This document shows, one piece after another, positions 42,254 to 62,469 of a stretch of 64,000 nt of DNA. Each line of letters begins with the position of its first letter. Positions within the stretch are counted from its first letter, which is position 1. The DNA is from Chrysomallon squamiferum. Taxonomy: Eukaryota; Animalia; Mollusca. Where the stretch lies: the NCBI GenBank assembly GCA_012295275.1, contig CM022670.1:25668001-25732000 (forward strand). Reading direction: 5' to 3'. The position numbers were made by a program, and so were the translations under genes. Below the pieces are notes generated by a model. That model saw only the letters and a list, made by a program, of their open reading frames with translations, did no database searches and was not told the origin of the DNA.

Positions 42254-43810
42254 ATTTCTCACTATTACTGACATCTCTGTGGGGTCTGTTTTTATTTTAT
42301 TTCCAAAACATTTCGTAATTTCATTTAAGATAAAGAACTTTTTATAAACTGATTCATTCATTTGAAGTTTTATTTGTTTGTTTGTTTCTTCCTCTTTATT
42401 GTAAGTTATAATTTATTCAAATAGTATTTCCATTCAAATATATTGTGCCTTTTTTATCTTCTGTCCATCTATCTGTGTTTTTATAAATATTTTGTAATAT
42501 GCACTACTAAAACTTAAACAAGCATGTATTTGTCATCGAACACACACACACACACAAATACACACACATGTACATATAATTAATTTTAATCATATTATAT
42601 TCTTTACCCCAGGACCATAAATTAGAGCCAAAATTAAGAATACTGAATAGTCTTTGTAATAATTATGTGTGTGTGGGGGGGTGTATCTGGGTGTGTGTGT
42701 TAGTATTTACGCCTATATTGAGCTATCTATCTATCTTATCTATCTATATATCTATCTATCTATCTATCTATATGTGAATGTGTGTGCGTGTGTTTAAATT
42801 TATGTTACTGCGCATGTATTTATATTATGTAGTTATAATTATTTTCATGTAAAAGGTATGTACACATCAGTTGGTATTTTATTTTCGCGAGCATACGATA
42901 TATCAACCTTTCCTCCCTTTAATCCTCAAATCAAAGAGATCACAAAGTCCGTATATTGGCCTTCACGATCAAAACGAAACAGAAAGAGCGACAAAGTCAG
43001 TTCATTCATTTGTCTTGTTGTTGAATATGTTTTTAAAATTCTATATGTATTTAAGATATTTTTATATTATCAAGTAACTCATTTTGTACTGAGAACAGAA
43101 AGTTGAATGATATTGAAACGTTATATTCTAAGTAGCTCCAAGGTATTTCGCTATAAACATCACTTTATTTAACAGAGCGCTGGCTTTGTTTGCTGTACAC
43201 ACAAAAAGTGTTGATTGACAAATATAATGTGAAAGGTGGGGGACACCAGGCGAGGCCTGTTTTAGATAATATAGTTTCCTTCTTTTGATTTTATTTACTT
43301 ATTTACTCATTTGTCTATTTATTTATTTATTTATTCATTCATTCATTCAATCATTTATAGCAACAGCCCATGGATATTCTGAAATATATCACTCCTAGGA
43401 CTGTAATAATATTTTTTCTGTATCGCAATAGAATTTTCACGGTAGTGTACAGAATTTAAAAACAGGAACAACAGCTTTTTGCCAAACATTCTCCATTATA
43501 TTCAAAGTTATGAATACTCAGTTGCAAAACACTGAGTATTTATTTCTTAAATACACTGCATCTAATATTTATTTTTTATATGTTTATAATTTCATATTTA
43601 ACGTTAAAAATGGAGTGAATATTCATTTACTGTGACAACTTGAAAAAATGGAGAATACAGAGAGGTCTTTTTCCCTTACAGAATGAGTTGAAACTCTGGA
43701 GTGTGAAGACATAACATGAAAACAATAAATTCCACTGGAATTTGTTGTATGCGATCTAAAGTTGTGATATAATGAAAAAGTTATTTCTGAATAAAATACA
43801 ATTATATATA

Positions 43811-43890
<80 letters not shown>

Positions 43891-44403
43891 GAATTAATAC
43901 AAATTAAATCATTTTAATTACAAAAGCCATTAAATATATTTTCATTAAACTGAGAAAAAAAAATTCTAAAATAAACCGGGCCTGGTTGTTTGTGAGACTG
44001 AAAAAGACAGATTAGTTTGGGTGAATTTTTTTATCAAACGGACTCGGCCTAGGAGGGCAATTGACTGTACTAGTGAGTAGAAATCCATTACCCATCGCTT
44101 CGTTTCTTTTCACTCGGGGATAATAAAATAAGACACAATTGAACGGACCCCATAAAAACGTCGTTAAACGGACACCTTGACACTGTGCTGCTATCCCAGG
44201 GTATTTATACCACAGTCCGTGCACTTTAAAACTGAAGCGCGATGTTTCCTCTCCAGCGACGTCGTCTTCTTCACCTAGACAACCTCTGTCGAAAAGAACG
44301 GTCAACGAGTACATCTTACTAGAACCAAAATTAATAGTACTTAATTATATCACTCCTAGGACTGTAATAATTATATATATATATATATGTGTGTGTGTTT
44401 GTG

Positions 44404-44434
<31 letters not shown>

Positions 44435-44448
44435 TATATATATATATA

Positions 44449-44506
<58 letters not shown>

Positions 44507-44886
44507 ATGAAGTATCCACATATAATTAATAAGTATTCATTAAAATGTTAAATTTGTATTTAGTTTAAGTTTCATACTGAACAAATATTTATTACATTAC
44601 TTATGTTTGATTACATTGATTCGTTTTGTTATCAGATAAATCTGGTTGATTTAGTTATTCGTTATGTTCCTGTTTTTGTATCAAAACGAAATCAATCTTT
44701 TCAGCATGATCTTCTACAGAATGCAGTCACTAACATTATTATTTGAGATTTAATGTTTTAAAAATGGAAAGTGTGTGTGCCGAAATGGTGGAGTGATTAA
44801 TATATAAAAAAAATAATGTATAATATATTTTTATTCCGAATAATCATTCAACACACCCCAAGAATTGTATTTATTTATTTATTTTA

Positions 44887-44917
<31 letters not shown>

Positions 44918-45246
44918 TTTGAGTTTCAAATAAGAAATACATTAATTTTGGGATATAACATGTATTTACGCCTATTTCGGCGTCAGTAAGTTTAGTCAAA
45001 TTTTAAAATCCTTTTTTTTTTTTTGAATTTGTGATATATGATGTACAGATATAAAAATTAGTGAAATGGGTTATCGTCTAGACGAATATAACAGTTTGCG
45101 AGTTTATAAATATCAGTTATAAAGGAAAGTAACCAAGCTCAGAAAGTTTACACATTACAACTAGGTAAATACTCTCCAAGTTTACTCTCCACGTTTATAT
45201 ATAAAACAGATATTTGCGGATATTTCTCTTTGCTAAATTGGGGTAT

Positions 45247-45393
<147 letters not shown>

Positions 45394-45830
45394 GTCAGTT
45401 TATCTGTCTCTCTTTCTCTGTCTGTCTCTCTCTATTTATCTGTCTATCTCACTGTCTCTCTTTCTCTATCTAGCTATCTATTTGTCTATCTCTCTCGCTA
45501 TCTATCGCTCTCTCTCGCTCCATCGCTCTTTCTCTCTATCTTTGTCCGTTCTCTTTACTTCCTTTCCTTTTTCCATTTTTTTTCTAAATATTTCTATTTC
45601 TTTATGGATATCTGTCTTTACCTTTCCCAACACAGCCGCGTTTGAAAGAACGAAAGAAAAAAAAAGAACAGCATTAAATGGACAATATTTAAATTTGAAA
45701 GAAATACCTCATTATTTTAAAATATCACGACCACAACCAACAACAACAGCAAAAAAAAATAAACCAAACCCAACACATTCACATATATATGTAGATATAA
45801 TTAATAATGGTGATGATAATGATATTATTA

Positions 45831-45882
<52 letters not shown>

Positions 45883-47479
45883 TGTTGTTGTTGTTTTCAT
45901 TATTATTATTGATTGAATCTAAACACAAATGTCAACTGTTGTTTTTTGTTTATTTGCTGTTTGTTTTTTTATGGGGTGTGGCTGTGTATGTTTATGCAGA
46001 CAATTCTTTTAGTAGATAATGATGCATTAACCTTGAAAATGATAAATGAAATTTTCATTTTAAACTTAACCTTTTACTGAACTCCTATTAACAAAGAAAC
46101 ATGTACAGCGGGGGTTGGTTACCAGGTGAAACTCAGACTCTAGAAGATATAAAACTTCTATTTCAGGGAAAACAGATTAAAAGTTTCAATGTTTATATCA
46201 TATTTATTGACATTAACCGCCCTTGTCTCCTCTAGTAGAAGGTGTCACTTAGATTACATTTTTCTTATTTCCTTGTTAATCTATATTTATTTTTAAGTCC
46301 ACGAATAAATAAAAGAGAAGAGAAACAAGAGCTAATCCCGCCCTAATCCTTTGTTAATCTTTTCATAAAGTGTTTTAAAGATATTTTTTGCGTGTATATT
46401 CTGATCATGGTAATAAATCATAAATATGGCGAAAAATAAAGAACAGGAAAATAAGACAGAAAACAGGAGGTATTTTAAACATTAATCATTCTGTGTATCG
46501 TTATTTTCGACCACATTTTCTTGCCACCCCATCCGAAGACACTTTTTTAATGAGTGTCCCTGTTGTTACGTGTTAACTTTAACTGTCAAAGCGCGAGAGA
46601 GATGTGGTAGGTTTGTGCTGGTTTTATATCTGTTCTGTCAGTGTTTTCGTTTTATTAGCTTTTAACGACGGTGAATTAAACTCCATGTCTCTGTTACGCC
46701 AAGTCATCTTTGAACCGAAAAGTTATTAAAAGTTATTTAATTACTTTTGTGCAGTGCGTTTTTATCATTTAGTAGATAGTTGCATGCTATAGCGATATGG
46801 TGCACAATGAATTCCTATGCAAATATGTACGATAAATACACCTACTCATATGCATATATATGTTGTCGTTATTGTTATGTCTTGTGTTGTTACTTCTTAT
46901 TTCAGAAATATTTCTGAAAAATAAAGAACAATACACAATGAAAGGTTCAATTTTTTCTGCTTAAATGTCCTTTTATATTTCTTCCCTTGTTTCTCATTAA
47001 CGGCTGTTCTTGAAAAAACCCACCCCAAAATCAACATAACATCTGCAATAAATAAAACTTAATATTTTAAGAAAATAGATTACAAAGATTCATGAATCAT
47101 TATTCAGTAAATACTTTTCCACAGTATGCATGAGGGGAGATTAATAATGATAACGATGATGATGATGATGATGATAATAATAATACTAATGATAATAATA
47201 ATAATAAGATGAAGAAGAAGCAGACAAAAAATATTATTTTTCAGATTAGAAATAGCCAGAATATCAAATAATATCTGTTAAGTATTGACTGATTTAAAGG
47301 ATATATTTTCTTTTATTACTCGATCTGTCTGTTTTTCAGCTGAATTCATTTCAGATCAAGGTTTCGAATCCAGATATGAATTATGAATTGCTTAATTTCA
47401 TAGTTTTTCATGTGAAGGAAAAAGTCTACCCGATTTTACGTATGTACATATGTATATTTATATATATATAATATGCTAA

Positions 47480-47539
<60 letters not shown>

Positions 47540-48040
47540 TACTATTATTATTGTTGTTGTTGTTGTTGTAATTTATTTTATTTTATTGTTCTTGTTAAGT
47601 CCACCAATTTTGCCACTGTTCGTTAATTCGTATTTGTCCTATCATCTCATTGTTAAGAATGGATTGTTTCCCTTTGATCTCAGCTCTTCTTTTCGTTTAT
47701 TCTGTTTATCTATTTAGGTAGAACTGTAAATATATTTGTCAGAATCTACTTTAACTACCTGCGGGTAGGACATTTAAACATTTCTATTAATTTTTTTTTA
47801 ATTTTTTTTAGTGTGTTGCTATTTATCATATTTGTCCTGGAAGTATTGTAAAGGATTCACGATATTTCAGTTACAAATGCGGTTTGAGTGAGCACATTTT
47901 TAGAAAATATTAAAACAAATATACAAATAAATAATTTGTCATAAAGGAAATGATATTATATCACCAAAATATATTTGTTTACATATAGGTAATTAATTTG
48001 TTGTTTCTTTTGTTGCTGGGTTTTTCTTCTTCTTCTTCTT

Positions 48041-48109
<69 letters not shown>

Positions 48110-48419
48110 GTTGTTGTTGTTGTATGTTGTTGTTGTTATTGTTGTTAAGTGATAATAGAAGCAGTAGTAGTGTTGGTAGATGTAATAGTAGCAGCAGCAG
48201 AAATAGTGTTAGTTATAGTACTAGCAGCAGTAGTTGTAGTAATAGTAGAAGCCGTAGTTGTTGTAGTAGTAATAATACGTTTTAAACAGGTTACAGATTA
48301 TTGAAATTAGGTGAGGTATGTCAGGAATAAGCCGTAGATTTGGTTGTTCCTTCTTTTATTCTTCTTTTTTATGTTTTGTTTGTTTTGTTTTGTTTTTTTT
48401 TTTTTTTTTTTTTTTTTTT

Positions 48420-48452
<33 letters not shown>

Positions 48453-48771
48453 TTTTTTATTTTATTTTATTTTATTTTTATTTTATTTTTTTTTTTTAAT
48501 GCTGTGTGACCTGTACTCAATAACAAAATCTATGATTCAGTTAAAAACTCTCCTCCTTCTAGTAAAACAAATATACCACAGTGTGTTTCCTCTCCCGGAT
48601 ACTAACATTATACACAGTATATTTTTAACTGTATTTCATAACTTGAAATGATGTTATACAGCATAATAATTTCTAACAATAATAAGTTCAGTAACCTACA
48701 ATAAACGATCAATACAACAAGTTCTTTTTTTATAAATTAGGTTTATTTATACAAGACACAAAACAAAAAGT

Positions 48772-54077
<5,306 letters not shown>

Positions 54078-55457
54078 GTTGGACAATGTCCGTGAAGCAA
54101 ATCAAAGCAAAAGACAGAAACTTTGTTATGACCTCTCAATTTATGTGCGTATTTGCTATTGAGACACATTTTAAGTATCAAGCGAGATTAGAACACACTG
54201 GCAGGGAACTGTTCGTGAAAAACCTTCCTTGTATACTTTTATCTTTTCTTTGGACAGACGGCTTAGATAATAATTTACAAGAAATCGCTGACCGTGTTGA
54301 GTGGTCTGTTTTAATGTACTTCCATACTGCTTTGGAACAAAACACTCAAATACGTTTATTACTTAATAAGTAAAACAAGACATGTATATAGCTGTGAGTC
54401 TGATATCTCTGATGAGTTTATGCCCTTAGAAACTGACGCAGAAATTTTGTTTTAGTATTCGGTCTCAAAAATAGAAGTAAGCTGACCTTAGATTTAATCT
54501 TTTCTTTTGTTTCTTTTCAAAAATTGCACTGACCACGATTTTCACGTTTGATAGGTGACGGATTGATCACTTTCGAATGACTTTAACACTGAATTAAAAT
54601 GTTCTATTTAGCCACAGTTTATAAAACAAATATTAAACATGGCACTAAAACTGCATCAACTGTTCGGTCATCCGGCTATACTGTTTGTAGCCTTAAAGTT
54701 ACAAAAGCACATTTATATTTTATTTTTAAAAAAACACCATAAAACTTACTCATTATCGACAATGTAAATCAAGTAACAAATTAAAAAGGCAGAACAAACT
54801 GGTCGGCGGTATGCATAGTAAATAACCCAAACATATATATATATCTTTAAGAAAACAAAAATATTCAAAAACGGTCGATGAGTGAAAACATGAGTCGTGT
54901 GTTAGAAACGAATTTTAGATCTATTTATAACAGACTGATTAACTGAAATTCTGTCAGTCACATACGATGAACCGCAATGTCACGTAGTTATACTACGTAC
55001 ATTTTACAAAATGTTACAAAATTAGTTTTGAGATTAATTAAGTACAGCCTTGATGGAAATGTCAAGATCCGTTTTTAATTAGGATAACATGGAATTAACA
55101 CCTGATTTTCTACAATAACATGCATGTAGTTGAAGCGGTCATTACATGTGTTATTTATAATATGCGCACGTACAGAAAGATAGAAAATAGATAGACAGAC
55201 AGACAGACTCCCGGACGGACAGACAGACAGATAAACAAATAGATAAATGTTTAGATATAAATTTAGATACTAATGTATGCTGTATATATAGATTACAACT
55301 CAATACTAATGTAGCATTCTTATGCTATGTTATGTTATCTTATGTTATTTATTTATTTATTTTATTGTTATTTTTCTTCATCTCCTCCTTCCTCCTCTTC
55401 TTCTTCTTCTTTTTTTTTCTTCTTGTTCGTCTTTTTTCTTCTTCTTGTTTATTATTA

Positions 55458-55501
<44 letters not shown>

Positions 55502-57164
55502 CATCATCATCATCATTATTATTATTATTATTATTATTAAAATTACCAAGATATTGTTATTGTATAATATATGCAATACAACTCATTTTATCTTTAAACA
55601 TAAAACCACCTAAAATGTATCGCAACCACTTTTAACTCAGCTTATATTTCTAACACTGATTTTCATTTGGATACTTTCCTTTCTGAAACTATCGATCAAA
55701 CGTCAGGTTCATAATTATATTGGTTGTGAATTTTATTCTCATTAAAATATTAATGATTAACTACGCTTTTACGTTTTCTCATTAACTTATATTTGGCTAT
55801 TTAATAACTACTAGTGAAAAATCATTGAACAATGGAATTTTAGTATTTGAACAGTTGACTTTCTAAATGAAATTACAAGATGTGACAAGTTTGTCCTTTT
55901 CTAACACATAGAAATTAAAACTGAATTTTCGTCTTCTGCTGCTTCTCTTTATTATCATCATCATAATTATAATCATCTTCAGCAGCATCGCTCCGAATAA
56001 AAAAGACTAAAGTGTATGTAACGGTTGACATAATTATTACCTAAAACCAGTCTTAATAACATTAATTATACGTGTTTTCAATATTAACATTATTGTAATT
56101 ACTTTAGCAGTTATGATGAACTTGAAAGATTGCTAATACATATGTTTAATACCTCGTTATAACTGATAAAGTACCACGGATACCTCCTTTTAATAATAAT
56201 AATAATTATAATAATAATAATAACAACAACAACATTAATGATTTTGGTATTACTGTTTAAAGTTTTGTCCTTACTTAAAATCTTGAACTGCATACGTATC
56301 ATAATATCTCCAGTTATTTCGTTATTAATATTGGGCAATCATTCAAATGCACCAGTTAGCATTATAAACACAAACTCATAAAAAGAAACAGAAACACACA
56401 TGCAAACACATGTTTGTTTACTGGATATAAATGAATAAGAAATGAATTTTTAAAAATAAAAAAATAAAATCCGCTAGGTCGGCAAAAACATTAGAGAATG
56501 CTAGCTACGACAGCTCCCTGGAGTTGCATACGATAAACCTGTCACAGATTTTGAATATGTTGCCATAGGAAACGCTTAACACTGCCACTGTCGTGCCGGC
56601 CGCATGCTGATTTTTCAAACAATGTCTCTAACTGTTGCGAAGTTATGCAACAAACAGGTGTAACGGCACTTTATCAAGGTGTTAACGTGATCAGAATGTC
56701 TGCCTACTTAGCGCTCTGCGTCTCCGAGATTTTAAATATTTAAACCACCCATAGAATAAGAATGACAGTTATTGGAAACTAACGACCCAACACCGCATGT
56801 TGTATCTATTGTTTGTTTTGTCGGCGAAACCGATTTCCTGGTTTCTTATATGTTTCTAATTGCGCTGCTAAGCCAAACAATCCCAGATTCAATAAAAATC
56901 AGAAAATAAATCAGGGCAGTAAAATATTCCAGTCGTGACAATGTTTGAAAACGTTATCAGCACCGTTGTCAACAGTGACAAATTGTGACATGTTAATTTG
57001 CATGTCTGTCATAAATGTACGTTTTAATCCAAGCAATGGAAGCCTATGGAAACTAAAAAAAATGTAAATGAAGTAAAGACCAATTTAAATACAATTATTT
57101 TCTGTATTTTCTGACATCCATTTGAGTTTCTCCGAGGAAAGAGGTTCTCTTTTCACAAAACACA

Positions 57165-60100
57165 ATGTGCAAGGTAAGAAGAATCTGTAATTTTATTTAT
57201 AACAAGTTCCAGAAATCCAAACTCTTCGAACTTACGTTACTCTTAGTCATTGTACTTATTCCGCAAAATGTTTTATAATGATTTAAATAATGAATTATTC
57301 ATATATACAAGAACTTACCAATTAAATATTAGAAAATGTTTCAGTGAATTGCTGTTATTAATAACTTCATTATATTCGAATTATTTATTTTAACTGATAT
57401 TACGCTGATAGCGATTTAGGTTAGTATTTATAAATTATATGTGTATGTACATCTATGTTTTATGTAGTACGTTTGTATGTATGTATGTATGTATGTATGT
57501 ATGTACCTGTGTTTGTGGATGCATACATATGCTGATAAAACGTTGTTTGCCTGTAGTTTTACTTTTGTGTTTTCGGAGGGAGGGGTTTTATTTTTATTTT
57601 TGGTTCCCCCTGTGTGTATGTTTACACTATTTTTTTTATATTATGTACTAGTCGCTTAATATAAATTCCCTCAGGAATAATACTTATAATATAAAAAAAA
57701 AATGTTGATTGTGATATTGTTGTTAACAATACTATTTTGATTTCCTTGACTAGATAACTTCGCTGATTTTAACTGTTGTACTCGGAGTGGTATGTTCTGG
57801 CAGGGACGTTAAAGGTGGTCGACGTAACAATAATAATGGACTTATGCAAGGAAATTTTCTTCACGACCTTGGTGATGCCTTCGGACACGCTGATGTCGAT
57901 TCTACAGTTGGTATCAACGACTTGGGTTTTTCTGGCACTGACACATTTGTAGATCAATCCACGCAATCTTAGAAGACAAGGCACGGGACTTAATAATAAT
58001 ATAGGGTCAAATAACAACGGACATTCATTAGGCACTGTCCGACCTATACGGACCAGTTTTGATAATGGAGCTTTGACTGGTTCATTTAACAGAGGTAATC
58101 AACAACTTGGAACACGAAGGACAGGAGATTTCAGTAAAGCTAACTTAGTACACCCTGTCACTTTCAGAAAACAAAGACAAGGAATAAGTCCAGATCTTAA
58201 TACAAATTTTGGCTCCAGTGGGCAAAGAGGTGAATTTGACAAATTAAATGGCTTTTCCACTGGGAACAATGTGGACACATTACCTAAATCTGTAATTACC
58301 TCTAGCATTCCTTTTACAAACAATAGACGACCAAATGGTATTAATTCAGCAAATTCAAACACTTTAACCAACAATATTCAACGTAACGACTTTGGACGTA
58401 AAGGCACTTTCAGTCCAGACCGAAGTACAGGATTCGGCAACAGCGGTAACAATATTATTGGTACAAATGGCGGTGGCCTTCACGATGGCAGACAGACATC
58501 GCAGTTTGGAAGAACTAGAAAAAATATGCCTTTTGATAATACGAACGTAAATTTCAATAATGGCAGAATTGGAAATGCATTACCTACAAGTGGAGGTGTA
58601 GTCTCAGGTCTATCTCGTGGGACCGGTAACAACATTATTTTCAATAGCAACAGTCAACCACTAGGTCTTAGACGTTCGGGTCAATTAGGTTCTGGACAAC
58701 CAGGGTTCGATTCTGCAATAGATTCACAAAGATTTGGTACCTCAGGACGTTCTAATTATGGCAACACTCAAACACGTATAGGCAACAGTGTCTTACCTCG
58801 AAATAATCAGCTTGGTTTCAATAGTGCAAGTCAAGGGCTTGATTTTGGAAATGGAGGACAACGGCGACATGACAGCAGAAGACAAAATGGCTTTAGTAAT
58901 AATAATATTCAGCCCATTGGATTACAAAATAATATACCATTCTCAAACCAGGCACCTGGAAACAATCAAAGAGCAGGATTTGGAAATCAACAGCACGGAA
59001 CATCTAATGGATTTGGAAATCAACCAGCAACTGGTTTGGTAAATATAGGACAGTCTCAAAGGAATTTCTACGTTACCACTACAAGGCACTGGCCATTCTG
59101 GTCAACAAACTGGATTTAATAGTTTGAATCAACCTCGTAGTTTATCATCTGGGTTTAACAGTCAACAGCCAATCGCAGTTAGGGCTGTAGGTCAGCCGCA
59201 GATATTTTCTAGACAACAAGGCTATGGCAATAGAAGACAGTCAAATGGTCTTAATCAAAGAATAGGAACAAGAACTGGACTTAATAATCAAGGATTCGGT
59301 TTAGAAGGAACTGTTGGTATTTCTAGCACGGGACAACAAGGACATGGAAACAGGAATAGTTTAGGAGGATCCCAAAATAGAGATGGATTTAGTAATCAGC
59401 CTACTGGATTTGGAAATGCCGTTCAGCCCTTATCCGGACAGCAAGGATTTGGAAGTGTAGGTCAGCCCCATGGAGTTTCCAGAAGTGGACAACAAGGATT
59501 TGGTACTGTTGATCAGTCCCGTGGTGTTCTATTAACCGGACAACAAAGATTTGGAAATGTAGGTCAGACCCATGGAGTCTCCGGAACCGGACAACAAGGA
59601 TTTGGAAGTGTCGGTCAGTCCCGTGGTGTTTTATCAACCGGACAGCAGCAAGGATTTGGAAATGTAGGCCAGACCCATAGAGTTTCCGGAACCGGACAAC
59701 AAGGATTTGGAAGTGTCGGTCAGTCCCATGGTGTTTTATCAACCGGACAGCAGCAAGGATTTGGAAATGTAGGCCAGACCCATCGAGTTTCCGGAACCGG
59801 ACAACAAGGATTTGGAAATGTAGGTCAGACCCATGGAGTTTCCGGAACCGGACAAGGATTTGGAAGTATCGGTCAGTCCCGTGGTGTTTTATCAACTGGA
59901 CAGCAAGGATTTGGAAATGTAGGTCAGACCCGTGGAGTTTCCGGAACCGGACAACAAGGATTTGGAAATGTAGGTCAGACCCATGGAGTTTCCGGAACCG
60001 GACAAAGATTTGGAAATGTCGGTCAGTCCCGTGGTGTTTTATTAACCGGACAGCAAGGATTTGGAAATGTAGGTCAGACCCGTGGAGTTTCCGGAACCGG

Positions 60101-60707
60101 ACAGCAAGGATTTGGAAATGTCGGCCAGACCCATGGAGTTTCCGGAACCGGACAACAAGGATTTGGAAATGTTGGTCAGACCCATGGAGTTTCCGGAACC
60201 GGACAGCAAGGATTTGGAAATGTCGGTCAGACCCATGGAGTTTCCGGAACCGGACAGCAAGGATTTGGAAATGTCGGCCAGACCCATCGAGTTTCCGGAA
60301 CCGGACAACAAGGATTTGGAAGTATTGGACAGTCCCATGGTGCGTCCTTAACCGGACAGCAAGGATTTATAAATGTCCCTCAACCCCGTGGTGGACAACG
60401 ATTTGCAGTGCAAGGAACTGGATTAGGACGTATCAGTAACCCAGGATTTAATTCTGGACAGGGAGGTTATCGTAATAATAATGGACAAACTGCATTTGAC
60501 AACACTAATCAAGCACTTAATAGGAGACAACGTCATAATAATTCCGGTCAAAGAAATGGATTTGGAAATCAAGTTCGGCCTGTTTCTAGTCAAAGAGGAT
60601 ACAGTAATGGTCAACAAAACGGTTTTAGATCCGTTTCAAGACCTAGAGGCATTTCGACATCTGGACAAAACAGCTATGATGGCAACAATCGGTTAAGCGG
60701 GTTCTAA
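57165..60707 (+). CDS. Secreted Gly/Gln/Asn/Ser/Arg-rich repetitive protein (~986 aa after correcting two +1 frameshifts)
   Basis: Exon 1 ATG TGC AAG|GTAAG at 57165-57173; exon 2 57754-60707. Signal peptide MCKITSLILTVVLGVVCSG. The listed ORFs 57787-57972, 58073-59119 and 59124-60707 join if one base is removed at ~57955-57961 and one at ~59058-59060. AATAAA at 60747-60752. Confidence 0.85.
59436..60390 (+). repeat. Coding tandem repeat, ~18 x 51 bp (GQQGFGNVGQTHGVSGT; 16-18 aa variants)
   Basis: GGACAACAAGGATTTGGAAATGTAGGTCAGACCCATGGAGTTTCCGGAACC is repeated with variants. Confidence 0.95.
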
Positions 60708-61527
60708 AAACTGACAGACAGTTTGAAAAAGGAAAAGGTTTTATGGAATAAAACATTGAAAATTGTTAATTTAGGTTCAGTTACTGAGTTTACTGTTGTA
60801 TGTCGCTTACAGACAGAAATTATGTGTCGTTATGTACGTGGGAAATGGTATAAAGTTGTTTGTCTCATATTTAACAAAACCGTTATAGCAGTTTATTGAT
60901 AAAGCTGAGATGTATATTGAATTGTTAATAAAGTTAAAAATTTATATTTATTAGTTCTGTTTTATATTTTTATTATTATTATTTTTAATTACTTATTTTT
61001 AATCATTTTAGATATTATATTTACGCTGTCTTTGGATATTTTAGAGAAAGGACTATACTCTGGTCACACTTTTCTTTAAATAATTTTTGAAATCTTCATG
61101 AAAGATGAATAAAACTTGAGTTAAGCTCAATTATCAAAGTTATATTTAAAAAAAAATAACAAACAAACATACGAACAAGAAACACACACACACATAAACA
61201 AACATGCCCACCAATTCATCCATTCTTAATAATAAAAATTCTAAATTGGAAAAAGTAATTAAGAACATAACAGATTAATCCGCAGTGACAGCATAATAAA
61301 TTCTTAAAAGCAGCATTCTGTATTCAGGATGCTGTTTGCAGTAAACACCAAACACTAAAAGCATTTTGCATATAGACAAAGAGTCTTTGACAAATATATA
61401 TATATGTTGTAGATAAATCAAAGGTGAATGTCCGGCCAAATACATATGTAAATTTATTTAGTTACACTAACACACTACCAAAGCACACGTAAAGAGACAA
61501 ATACAAACTCGTATCTCTATATATGTC

Positions 61528-61640
<113 letters not shown>

Positions 61641-62076
61641 AATACATATATTGGCCAGAATCATTGCGTAAAAGCTATTATATCGATTTTTATAATAAAG
61701 TGTAAATCAGTATGTGTGTCTGTGCATTAGTAGTAACATTTCACTTCACACAGAATAATAATAATTTAAGCAGAATTCAAATAAAACCCACGAGACTGAT
61801 ACTTAGACAAATACCTCAGTAATCCGATAACTGATGTCGAAGCTAAACAGGTAAAGACCACTGACTAGATAAAAACAAAAAATCGCCTTACCAGCAAACT
61901 AAATATATTTATTCCGTTTTTACCAGCAACATAGATATACTTTAAACTGCAAAATTTGTACGACAGTTATTTTACCAATTAAGGAATAGATCGAAAAAAC
62001 TAAATTTTCATACGTATATATGTACTGGTAGTACCTTTCTTTCTACATCATCATTTTCATCATCACCTTTATATTT

Positions 62077-62115
62077 TCTTCTTCTTCTTCTTCTTCTTCT
62101 TATTATTATTATTAT

Positions 62116-62150
<35 letters not shown>

Positions 62151-62157
62151 CTAGTAC

Positions 62158-62228
<71 letters not shown>

Positions 62229-62273
62229 CTAGTACTAGTACTACTAGTCGTACTAGTAGTAGTAGTAGTAGTA
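62077..62273. repeat. Compound (CTT)n(ATT)n(TAG)n microsatellite
   Basis: Consecutive trinucleotide runs. Confidence 0.9.
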
Positions 62274-62386
62274 TCATCGTTTACTTATTTATTTTCTTCT
62301 TATTAAAGCCCTTACCAATTTCAAAATGTTTTGCTTTACCATAAATCGCTGTGTTGGAATGATTCAAGTAATATTGCCACATACAA

Positions 62387-62469
<83 letters not shown>

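Noticed and set aside
44012-44314. 100-aa minus-strand ORF or structured ncRNA
   Set aside because: No recognisable domain, signal peptide, splice context or RNA-family motif.
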